Positions 1 through 11,200 of a DNA stretch of 64,000 bases are shown piece by piece. A program made the translations under genes and the position numbers. This DNA comes from Paraspadella gotoi (Eukaryota > Animalia > Chaetognatha): positions 5,002,352-5,066,351 of the forward strand of contig CM119265.1 in NCBI GenBank assembly GCA_051294375.1, read 5' to 3'. The notes under the pieces are model-generated. The model saw only the letters and a program-made list of their open reading frames with translations, made no database searches and was not told the DNA's origin. Numbering within the stretch: position 1 is the stretch's first letter; each line of letters starts with the position of its first letter.

Positions 1-302
1 GCAAATTCACATGCAAGACGGACGTGTGGGCTTTCGGCGTGGCGTTGTGGGAGATCCTGACGCTGGCCAAGGAGCAGCCTTTCGCCAGCGTGACGGACGA
101 GGGGATCGTGGAGAATCTCCGCCAGGCCTACGCAGGCAGCGGCCTGCAGATCTTCCTCCCGCAGCCGCTCAACTGTCCCCGCGAGGTCTACGACCTGATG
201 CTGCAATGCTGGGCGCGGGACGACCTCCAACGGCCCGCCTTCAAGGAGATCCATCTGTTCCTTACAATGAAAAACAAGGGATACATTCCGCCGACGGAAT
301 GA
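1..302 (+). CDS. Terminal coding exon of a discoidin domain receptor (DDR)-family tyrosine kinase; gene begins upstream of the window
   Basis: Translation KFTCKTDVWAFGVALWEILTLAKEQPF...PQPLNCPREVYDLMLQCW...RPAFKEIHLFL, stop at 300-302. This is a typical DDR/Trk-class kinase C-lobe. Confidence 0.85.
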   Translation, partial: KFTCKTDVWAFGVALWEILTLAKEQPFASVTDEGIVENLRQAYAGSGLQIFLPQPLNCPREVYDLMLQCWARDDLQRPAFKEIHLFLTMKNKGYIPPTE

Positions 303-3147
303 AAACGAGGGGAAAGGGAAATTTGCCATCCAACTGAAAAAAAAAAAAAAATTAAAAAACCCTTGAAGGCTTCCGCTGCGAGGACGGAAATGACATAGTA
401 GTTTAAATTTAAGTCTATACATATATATATATATTAATCCTCATCGTGAAACAGCAAAAAAAAAAAAAAAGACTTTTTTCTAAATAGTTCCGACGGAAAA
501 TCTTTAGCATCTGTGATAAACTATTCCTCATTTGTCGTCGTCCCTCCTTGTTTCCCTCCCCCGATCCCTCTACCCCGCGCACCGGACGAAAGCAGCATCG
601 GGTCTTTACCTCTCCCCGTTCCACGACCTCGGCCCGTTTCCGATCCCCGATTCGAAAAAAAAACAAAAACAAACTGTGCATCAGAAAAAAAAACATTCTC
701 GTCGCCATCTTTCTTTGATTTCAAATTTCAAAATAACGGTACCTCTTATCTCTCTTCCCGCCTTTCGTCTAGATTTTTTTTTTCTTCCCCCAAATAATAA
801 TCCAATCTCCAAACAAAAATCTGAATCATTGTCACAAAAAATAAAAGTCATATTGATACGGGATTAACCCACAGCGTATCCTCTTCGCCTTTCCTTCAAC
901 GGCCACTTCACCCCGACCCAAAACAGCTAGTCCACGCGAAAATCGTGGGCAACCACATCATTGCAAAGTGCAACAAAACCCCAAGTTTTCTTTTCTTACA
1001 GTGAAAGTTTTGGGTTTTTTTTTTTCCTACAAGAACGACGTTACGAAAATTAAACTGCGGGAACTTAATTTAATAAGAAATTCGCTCGCGATTTATTTAA
1101 GATTACATTGACACGATAAGAGCATAGCTCTCTTAAAGATGCTGCCCAGAAAACTAAAGAATTCTTTCATTATTACCAATATTAGACAAACGCACGGACG
1201 AATTTCACTCACGTTCTCGCGCTCATTTGAAATATTATTATTATTATAATTATTAACATATCCTCTTCGCTCGCCGACTTGAATGTTTTTTATAAAGAAT
1301 TTTTTTTCGTTTTTATAGACAAGCAAACAACCAAATGCTGGCTTTTGGTTCATGCTGAACTTAATAGTTTGTAATAAATTCTGGAAATCCTTTGAATTAG
1401 ATTTTACTTTTGGTTATTGTAAAGGAACTGTGATTGGTTAATCATCGGTGGATACTTCGAAGGGGCAAGCAATAGAACCAACTTTCAAGCCCTAAAATGA
1501 ACACGGTTGAAATTTCTTTCTGAATATCTATGACATATCAGCCATTATATGAGACCCTTGCTTTGTGACTCAAGCTATAATGCTTTTCATTGCTACTATT
1601 TGAAAAGCTAACTTTATAATATATAAATAAAATCGTAATTCACATAGTGTAGATTATCATGATGGTCGAACACATTGTTTGATATCGTTAGGAACTCCAT
1701 TCTCATACTCTTTTATTTTTCCCTATTTTATCAATCAGCTTGGTTTAAATTCGTCGTCAGAGTAGCTTGATACGTAGCAGATGATATAATTTCATTTCAT
1801 AATATCATGTAATAGCAATGTTTGACGTCACACTAACCCAAATTCCCAAGTTTTGCACAGAAGTGAAATTTTTTTTCCCCCTTCCATAAGTTGGTTTCGT
1901 GAAACGTGAAAAAAATTCTCAAGTTGTGTTTACGTCATTTCGTCATTTTCAGTCCAGATTTTTTCCCAAATGTGATCACTTGACTAGAAGTCTTTGTACA
2001 TAACACAACAGATGCCATTTGCTTTTTATTTTGTAAATATACTATGTCTTTTTGAATAACAAAACTGTTTTGGTTTTCATGACGTCAAAAAAAGTTTTTA
2101 AACCTTTTTTAAATTAAGACATGAAAATTTAAATTTTGTTTAGCAGTCCTAAGTTTGATAATATCTTTCTTATTTGATAATTCCAGTCATCCTACGATAT
2201 TTTTTTTTGCCGAAGCACCGTGTCTCGGATAGATTTCCCCGTTTTTTTCATTGTTTTGGTTTTTTGTATCAGTAACCAATAGTTTTACACCTCGATATTT
2301 ATTAAAATGATTTGTGTGTTGCATATTTCAACGACCACTTGCTCTATTTTTTTGAAAAAAAAAGTTTCTGCATTATATCATCGTTAAAATAAAAAGATTT
2401 CTTCAAATTGTAGAAACTTTTTTATCGAAAATGTGGGCTTTTTCATCGGGATTTTTATTGTTTATTCCAAAAAGTACATTTCTGACTTATCCAACGATCA
2501 AATGTTTCAAAAGCGTTAAAAATTGTTTTTTAAAAATTGTAAACTTCTCGTTGAAAATACCTAAATTCTAAATGCAAAAAAGGTAAGATCTTGTACAAAA
2601 ATCAAACTCGCTGTTCCAGGTTACCAGAATCTCAAATGACAAAAAATCGTACGTACTTACGTAAATTTAAGTGAGTTTTGTATTTAAACGGCGACCCCAA
2701 ATAGTATGAAGGTTTACAATTTTCAACTGAGTTTTTCTTACTCATCTGTCATAGGTTTGAATATCGAAACTGAAATACGGTGGTTTCATGTACCCTGCAG
2801 TTTTAAGAAAATCTATCACTGTAATATAATTCTGTTTTTGTTTAAACATGAAAATAATATGTCTGTAAAAACAAGTCTTTTTTTCTTATGGAATTGGTAC
2901 AACAAATATTAAAGATTAAAAGTCAGCTGAAAACTACTAGCTAAATTACCAGCTTATATAGATAATGAATCGTGTATCATATATCATGAAATAAACATCT
3001 CCGACATGCTATTTAACAATGACTGGTAACTGAAAATGACCATTTCACTCATATAATCCTGAGTCAGATAAGCAAAATAGCGGTTAATAATATATGATTT
3101 TTGAAATAACACGCCTGAAAGGACAGTCATAACAAGAAAACATCCCG

Positions 3148-5746
3148 TCAGCATTGAACTTTGTGCGGAAAATCGCATAGCATTCGTTTCTTGTCAAATC
3201 TGGTGCCTGCGGGACAACGCATAAGAACGCCACCGCCCCGACGAGTGCATCTGAGCAAAGATGGATCAACGGAAGGATGAATGGATGAAAAAATATTTAA
3301 AGATTTTTAAAAATAAATAAATGCGTAGAAAAACGTTTTTTTAAACTCACAGATAAAATTTTTCGCAGTCAGTTTCGTGCGGTACGCTGGTACCGTGACC
3401 TTGACAGGCTTTTCTTCCACGATCTCCGTCCCCACCGCCGTTGTCGCCGCCGCCGTTGTCGCCGCCGCCGTTATCGCCGCCGCCGTTGTCGCCGCCATTA
3501 TCTTCGCCGCCGTCGCCTCCATCCACGCTGTTGTCTGAAAAATAACAATTTATAATACAAGTAAACAAAATCAATTAATAAATCAAAGCGGATCATTTAC
3601 CTAATTACAAATGAGCGACATTTGATTACCGATTTTGTTTTTGATCCAATCCAAATACCCTTCAACTTCCGTAAACATGCCCGGGAGGCCCGATCCAGCG
3701 GTTCCGCAAGCCGGTGGTCCGTAAGACACGATGCCGACGACGGCGTAAGATCCGGACTTGTTTTTGCAAACGAGCGGACCGCCAGAATCACCCTGTATCC
3801 ATGTTTATATTTACGAATTTTTTTATTTCTTGTTTTTATATCTTATAATTTATTTATATTAGATGAACAATTGACAATCTTGAATGAATGAACGAACGAG
3901 CATCGACAGAACGACCCAAGATTAGCATCAAAAACGTGCGGACGCTGACCTGACACGCCGACCACGATCCCGGTACGCCAAAGCCCAGCAATTTCTCTCC
4001 CGGAGTCCTGTACGCGGGAGGAAACTTTTTCGTATTGGCCCAAAGATCTTTGAGTTTGTCTCCGTCCCAAATGTCTCCAACGGCCTGGACAGAAAATAAA
4101 AAAAGAAAAATTGGGTTGCACAAAAGAACGAAATTGGCTTGAACAAAAGAACCCCAACGGCCAAATGGGAAGACTCGCCTTTTGCAATTGATCCGCCCTC
4201 GTGCCTTTCCTCGGATCCTTAGGATCTTTTTGGATGAAGCCCCAACCGGACAAAACGCAATCCTTGGCGCCGCGGTAGTCTTCGTCGGCAGAGGGCAGAC
4301 ATGCGGTGCCCGCGTACGGACCTGTAGATAGTCGGGTTCATAAATCAGTTTGTGAAAAGGTAGGTAAAAATTCAGTCATATTTGGACATTTCTCAAGTGC
4401 CGAAATGACGCAACATAGCATGATATGAGAGGAAGAACCGGCAGCGACAAGAAAAGTAAACCAACCGCTCAGATCAACAGGTCTGTCGAGCTTGGCGAGC
4501 GCAATGTCGTAACCCTGGTACAGAACTCTGATGTTCCATTTTTCGTGAATGTAAAGCTCAGTAATTTTAAAGTCTTGGATTTTCTCTCCGCCCGACCTTA
4601 GTTTCCATTCGCCAATGCGAACCTAAGCGCGCGAGAAAAAAAAAGAAGAAAAAAACAATAAAATTACGTACCGTGGGCGTTTTCATCTAATTGATGAATC
4701 TCATAAGTTATTCACCCTTACCCTGTAACTCGACTTCGGTCTCGTTGTTCCTGTGTTGAAGCAGTGGGCGGCGCTCAGCACCCAACGGTCGCTTATTAGC
4801 GTCGCTCCGCAGGTGTGAAAAGGTTCACGACCCGGGTACGAAGATTTGATTTGAAGAGAAATCTGTTTCCGGTCGCGGACAGGGGAACATGTACATATTT
4901 TGTTTGTTTGTTTGTTTTTTTTGCTTCGCCAAGAAAACATTATTTAAACAGTTTAGAGATGAAACGAAAATTTAATAGTAATTTTATTTTATTTTATTTT
5001 ATTTATTTATTAAACGAAAAATTAATAGCAATTTTATTTTATTTTATTTTATTTATTTATTTATTTATTACAACGAATTTTTCGTTTCATCTCTAAACTA
5101 TTTTAAATAGCAAAAAAGAAAGTCAAAATACAATATTTAAACAGTAAAATATGAAAAGTAAATGAAAAAAAATTTGAATCTGTTGTAATAGCTTCTGAAC
5201 TTAAGCAATCTCTTTTTATCCACACAAAACAGAAATCACATAAGTTCCCACAACTCGAGAATTTGTAGTATTAAAAGCAAGCAAAAAAGGAAAGTGAATG
5301 ATCAAAAACAAATGTACCTAATCATATTTAGTTAAAGTGGGTAATTTGCAGGTCACCACCTGATAACCATGTAAAGGATTTATAAATCATTAAGTAAATA
5401 AATAAATCATTATATGCCGTTATTGCAAGTTGCGCATGAATGAAGAAATATTTTTTATGTACCATATCAAATGATAAATCATTCCTTTCTGACAAACCTG
5501 CCAAGGAAATTCACCGGGAGAGGCGTCTTGACCATTGACAATTCTGGTGGAACCTCTTTTTCCACATTCTAAATCAAGCAAATCAGGCTGGGAGTGAGCG
5601 ATTTCGTTTGTTCATTGCATTAAATTTAGAGATATTTTTCTTAAAATTCAAACTTGAATATAAGAAGTCTTATTTCAACTGAATTCCTTACCTTCAAAAC
5701 CCGATACCGCCGCCAGGCAAACGAAAAGTATAATTAAGGACTTCAT
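3148..5746 (-). CDS. Secreted S1 serine protease (chymotrypsin-like) with Gly/Asp/Asn linker and C-terminal chitin-binding type-2 (peritrophin-A/CBM14) domain; about 9 exons
   Basis: Signal peptide [16 protein letters not shown]; activation site TR/IVNG; [13 protein letters not shown] and ACQGDSGGP motifs; (GGDN)n linker; six-Cys tail [52 protein letters not shown]. Exons were joined in frame by hand and include one GC-AG intron (4085-4178). Confidence 0.9.
4951..5109. mobile_element. Small inverted-repeat (MITE-like) insertion in a protease intron
   Basis: Left end TATTTAAACAGTTTAGAGATGAAACGAAAA matches the reverse complement of the right end TTTTCGTTTCATCTCTAAACTATTTTAAATA; AT-rich core. 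Confidence 0.5.
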
Positions 5747-6592
5747 TTTAGGGCTTCAAGAGAAATCGTTTAGTTTTAGTATTATATATATAGAAACGAA
5801 CAAGGGTTTCATTGTTTTATCAGAATACTGTTACCACTGCCAGCTGCGCGAATTTGATAAAAAAATTTATCTAATTTTAAGTTTTATATAACTTTGTGGG
5901 GGACATAGAAGAGGAAACCGGTTAACCGGCCCTTAGCTGAGGTTTGTTTTGATTTTAAGTAGTAGAATATTTATATTTAATATATATATATTAAATATTT
6001 AAGTAGTAAAATATATACGATTAAAAATAGGATTCAAGTTCAAAAAAACTCTTCCAATAAACCACTATTATATCTAATCTTTTATTCCCCCAGTCCCAAC
6101 ATCTGTAATCGAATTAAAATATATACGAACATAAACTTACTATACATATATTGACATAGTTTGCATGAAGTTAGTTACCATTTCGTCTTTCACAGACATG
6201 AATAGGGATTAGGGAATTCGAAATTTAATTCAAATGGATATGAAGCATAATTGTATCAATTGTTCATTTGGCCTACTTTATTGAAACAACTCGAGATGTC
6301 GTCTTCTTCTTGGTAGCAATTTCAAAAATTCTAGTCGGTACCTAAAATACCTGTATTGACTATATTATTTGTGACATATTGTACAAATAGTACAAATACT
6401 GCATTTCTTAATTAATGATATTAAATTTATCCATTTATGCTTATATACCAGGAATAAACTTGTACTCAAAAATGTAATTACCAAGCATCTAAACGCTATA
6501 ACCCGTAGTATTACTGTCAGAATTATCTCACGTTCCCTGTATTTTGACGCCAGTGCGGATTACAATAGTATTGAAAGCCCAATCGGGTTACA

Positions 6593-6735
6593 TTTACTTT
6601 CGCCGACCGGGGTAAGGGAGGGGTTAGAGTTATGGGTGGTTTAGATTTAAAGTAATTAATTTTTTTGTTAAAAATAAATATTTTTAAGTAGTTTTTCAAA
6701 AGCTGGCTAAACCGCGGTCGGCGAAAGTAAAATTT
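6593..6735. mobile_element. Short inverted-repeat element containing TTAGGG-like repeats; related copies at ~25366-25591 and ~26490-26532
   Basis: TTTACTTTCGCCGACC ... GGTCGGCGAAAGTAAAA termini recur at three places. Confidence 0.55.
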
Positions 6736-6812
6736 AGCCGGGCAATCAATCAACTTGACAGTTTTGATTGAAAGCATGCTCGTTACGCGTCTTCTTGAAC
6801 CTATTAACCTAT

Positions 6813-7001
6813 TGAAGAGACAGTAATTATTGATAAGTGGTTAATGACAGAACCGTTCAATATAATGTTACAGGCGGGTTAAGCGCCCCGTCCTAGGCGG
6901 CCACCGGGCTAGAACCCCGGACCTTTGGGTTGGGAGGCGAATGACTTGCCTCTGGCACCAATGGCCACTGATGAATGGTTGGTGGATTTCAGTCCACCAT
7001 A
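6813..7001 (-). mobile_element. Family-A solo LTR, internally deleted (twister core broken)
   Basis: Minus-strand termini TATGGTGG...CTCTTCA; perfect 4-bp TSD CTAT at 6809-6812 and 7002-7005. Confidence 0.85.
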
Positions 7002-7125
7002 CTATTATATTTAACCTATTATATACTAATATATATAATATATAGCCTGAACAGTGTACAAATGGAGCTTGTTTAATAAACTATGTTTATAGAATAAATC
7101 CATAAGTTTTATAGGTTGCACTCGT

Positions 7126-7255
7126 TATGGCAACAATCCGGTTGTCTGGGTGAGCTGAGAGGGGAATCTCACCAGTTGGCGTCAAGGAGATTCAGTTCCT
7201 CAGTGGCGCCGCCTGCCACTGGCGTGTTAATAGAATCGCTTTGCCAACGCAGCGG
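7126..7255 (-). mobile_element. Degenerate LTR-like fragment (family D) with a twister-like remnant at 7179-7250
   Basis: Shares CGTTGGCAAAGCGA with the element at 36540 and GCCAGTGRC...GYCACTGAGG with families B and C; ends in GCCATA. Confidence 0.5.
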
Positions 7256-7363
7256 AAAGTCGTTAGGACTGAATACACTGTATCGAATAATGTGTATAGA
7301 AAGCGCAAATGAGATGCGTATTATATGTCACTTTAATAGTGCTGTGGGTAATAATACAAACTA

Positions 7364-7513
7364 GACAGTCTTGATTGAAAGGTTGCTGGGTCTTATGTTA
7401 TTATCTTGTAAGAGGGAAGGAGGCATTAACCCACCATAGCCCGTTTCAAGTCAGGGGCACGAGAGCTTGTTTATTGAATGAATCCTTTTTACATTGGTTG
7501 TACCAATTTCATA
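7364..7513 (+). repeat. Family-E repeat, diverged copy, with a twister-like fold at 7402-7464
   Basis: Aligns with 9736-9913 and 38479-38667; same 3' end TTGGTTGTACCAATTTCATA. Confidence 0.75.
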
Positions 7514-8273
7514 ATATCGATTCATAATAGAATTTGAACAAAGTTATCTATTTTCTGACTCAATATAAAATATAATAATAAAATTGTTCAGCAACAAACT
7601 TTTTCATGGTGGAATCAAACTGGACCATAGAAATATTAGAATATGACCGGAGAAGCATCACAGAAATTTGGAGATTCATAATTAGGAATTCAGGACAAAC
7701 TTAGAGCTGCAAAATATGTCTTTTAATGTCAAAAATAAAAAAGGGGGTCAAAGGTAATCAAAAATACCACAAACTTTCGGAAAATATTAAAAAATTTTAA
7801 ATGAGAAGCACACGGTGAACCAATGTTTTAATAAAAACGGGCCTGTATACACTTTACAGGTACATTACATTTTATTTGGTTCCCAACCAAAATTTCAAAA
7901 TCTCAACACCCAAAATATCTAACGTACATAAATAAACTGCCTGATTATGATAGAGTAGATCCTAAATAATTAAATGAAGTCGCATTTAACCATGTCTTAC
8001 AATAAGTATAACCATTAATTCAACCTTTCTCTTACAACGAATAAATCAGAATCAGTCTCAGCGGAAAGCCATGTCTGTTGACATTAAAAATTAAAACTAA
8101 ATTTTTATAAACATTTTATGCAATCTTGAAGATCAATAAATAATAATTTCATACGAACAAAATTAGGGCTCGTCAATGGGTTCAAATGGTTAGTCCGTCA
8201 TACAAATGGCATCAAACTATACTATAATCATTATGTAGGACATAGCGGAAGGAAATTTGATTGGCGAGAGAAT

Positions 8274-11200
8274 TTATAACAGAATGTTTTTAATGGCAGC
8301 ATCGACTTCGTCGTCGTAAGAATGAACTTCCTGTGTCTCTGACGTCCAGACGTTGTCGGGCGAATCAGTCTCTCGATTATTAGCATCCACCCACGCTGAG
8401 GCCTCGGCGGTTTCGTCCAACAAAGACGTAATTTCGTCAGTCTTGAAAGAAAATTATGCAAATCATTCAGAAAACAAGAGTTCAGAATTAAATTATTTGC
8501 CTCATATAGGTAATATATTAATTCTGGTCAAAACTATTACCAGTAATTTAAGGAATAGTTTTTGTTATTAAAAAATCTTGTATAAAATAGTTTGGTATTA
8601 GGAGGATTTAGCCTGCCGTCCAATTTTCCTCTTCTTTCCTCCTCCTCCTGCCCCTATTTTGTCTAGCGATGCATTCTCTCGTTTCTACTCTTCGCGAAAT
8701 ATACCATTATTTTCCCTCTATTTCTTCACGCCTTCAATACCCCTTCAAGGTTAATTTATTTTGAAAAGATTAAAAATATAAAAATTAAAAATAACGTGTA
8801 TTTATAGACATAACAAACCTGTTCCGAAAGAAATCTATCTTCTAACGCCGGTTCCATTTGCTGCAAAATGGCATCGGCCGCAGAGCTACTTTCCATGTGA
8901 GAATCGCGGGTGGAATTTAATGTTTCGCAGAAATTTTCATCGGAACTGGGATTCGATCCGACCCATGGAGTCGATGTAGAGCTCACCACTTCATCGTTCG
9001 GCAAAGTTGGATTCTCTTCAAAGCTGAGGATAAGTTTCCGAAAAATATAAACAGGTATGGTGGATTAAAAACCACCAACCGTTCATCAGCGGCCATTGGT
9101 GCAGGAGGCAAGTCATTCGCCTCCTAACCCAAAGGACCGGGGTTCAAGCCCGGTGGTCGCCTAGCAGTGAAGAGGGACGGGGCGCTTAACCCGCCTGTAA
9201 CAAGGTGTTACAGCCTGATCCGAAGCTCAGGGACTGCTTATAACAATTATAACAATTATTACTTCACGGGGTTAAATTTCTTACGGCAATTTTTTTAAAT
9301 TTAAACTTTTAAAATTCTTTACAGTTAATATTAACTAAACTTACTTCACATGTGTAACTGTCGCGAGCTTGGTAGATTCCGCATTGTCAATTGTAACCCC
9401 TTCGTTATGCGACGAACTTTCAACATCACTATCCCACGTTCCAGAATCGGCATTGTTTTCTATACTTTTCGGAAGTTGAGAGATGTTCTCGGAGACAGGC
9501 GTACTTGCATTAAGAGAAGTGGATATGTCAAGCCCACTCGGGATTTGCGCTGAAATTAAGAATATTTAGAATCAGGATTCAGGAATTGTTAAAAAATAAA
9601 AAAACGCAATGATAATAACGACGTACCGAATGAATCGGAGACGATTATAGAGGAGGAAGCGGTTTCATTTCTAGGTATGCTCTTGTACGATTCGTCTGAA
9701 ATGTTAATGCATCAGTATTAAATAGGGTTAGGGTTAGTGAATAAACGGGACTGTGAGAGAGTCTTGATTGAAAGCTTGCAGGGACCTGCTATGTAATTAT
9801 CTTGTAAGAGTGATGGAGGCCTTAAACCACCAAAGCCTGTCCAAAGTCTGGGGCAAGATAGCTTATTTATTAAATGAATGGATAATTTTTATATTGGTTG
9901 TACCAATTTCATAGATAAGATTATTTGAGTTAAATAAATAGTATAAATAGTATACGATTCCAATAAAAAAAATTCAGACGTTATTACCTGAAATAATTTT
10001 AATTCTTTTATCGCCCGCTCCACTAGTCGCACCGAATCCACGCTTACATTTTTCTTTCTTGTAATTTTCAGGTAACGACGGTTTGTTCTGAGGAAGATGG
10101 AAGGGTAAAAACATATGTACATACGTATACGCAAAGGACAACAAACAACGAAGTTCTACTCGGGCTTTTAAACTGCAAACAATACTTTACATCGCTACAA
10201 TTCATATTATTACATATATTATTAGCATAGAATTAACAAGTTATGGTGGACTAAAATCCACCAACCGTTCATCAGCGGCCATTGGTGCCGGAGGCAAGTC
10301 ATTCGCCTCCCAACCCAAAGGTCCGGGGTTCTAGCCCGGTGGTCGTCTGGCAGTTAAGAGGGACGGGGCGCTTAACCCGCCTGTAACATGGTGTTACAGC
10401 CTGATCCGAAGCTCAGGGACTGCTTATATTGAACGGTTCTGTCATTAACACTTATCAATAATTACTGTCTCTTCAAAGCATTAATATATGATAGATATCA
10501 TCTATCTCATGTTATGTTATCACATGTTAAAGATATTGAACTTGATTTTCATTTTAAACTAACGATAATTTATGCCTGCTACGATTAATAAAACTATGTT
10601 ACATGTTAATTTTCACCTTCAGTTTTTCATCATTTTCTTCCTTTTGCAAGACAATAACATCGTCTTCCTCCAACGCCGGTTTTATTTCATCTTGTTTATC
10701 GGATTCCCTTTCTTTAACTTTTTTTCGAAGTTCTTCCCAGGCAGAACTTGATATGCTATCGTAGTAACCCACTGGTAAATGAATGGACAATTCAGGTAAA
10801 GTTATATGTATTGTACGATTATGAAAAGCGTCAGTAATTCAGTAATAATTCTTACCAGGATCCTCCTCGGCAGATTTTCTGTCTTCCATCATTTCTCTTT
10901 TTTCTTTTTCTAACCACATCCTCTGAATCATCACACTTTCAGATGCAGAGTATTCTCTCATACTACCTCGCATGGCGACATATCTGAGAAATTAAAAGTA
11001 AGGAATAAACTTTCACATAACAAGCGGCTCGATGATCAAGCGAACAAACCTAAATCGCTCCATCATGTTTTCCGCCTTCGTCAAAAGATTCTTCGAAACG
11101 GTCTCGAAAACGCGGTCAACTGAAAGAATTGTTTTAACATGAGAAAGACTACATATAATCATTTAAATGATGACAAGCTTGTCCAGTTGCTGGGAAGGGT

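Larger units (their letters stand above)
10242..10475 (+). mobile_element. Family-A solo LTR (234 bp) in a BICRA intron (antisense to host)
   Basis: TATGGTGG...CTCTTCA termini; TSD AAGT/AAGC; differs from 38063-38296 by only three C/T changes. Confidence 0.9.

Noticed and set aside
10323-10340. CCGGGGTTCTAGCCCGG as the twister P4/L4
   Set aside because: The loop is too short, varies between copies and has no matching P2. It is the tRNA T-arm/B-box; the real P4 is the downstream CCTGA-TCCGAAGC-TCAGG.
10275-10346. Functional tRNA-Gly gene
   Set aside because: The anticodon and D stems do not pair properly, and it is always embedded in the repeat.
10242-10475. Family A as an ordinary tRNA-derived SINE
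   Set aside because: Both ends are fixed, TSDs are a constant 4 bp, there is no tail, and two-copy forms with PBS and PPT show that it is an LTR.
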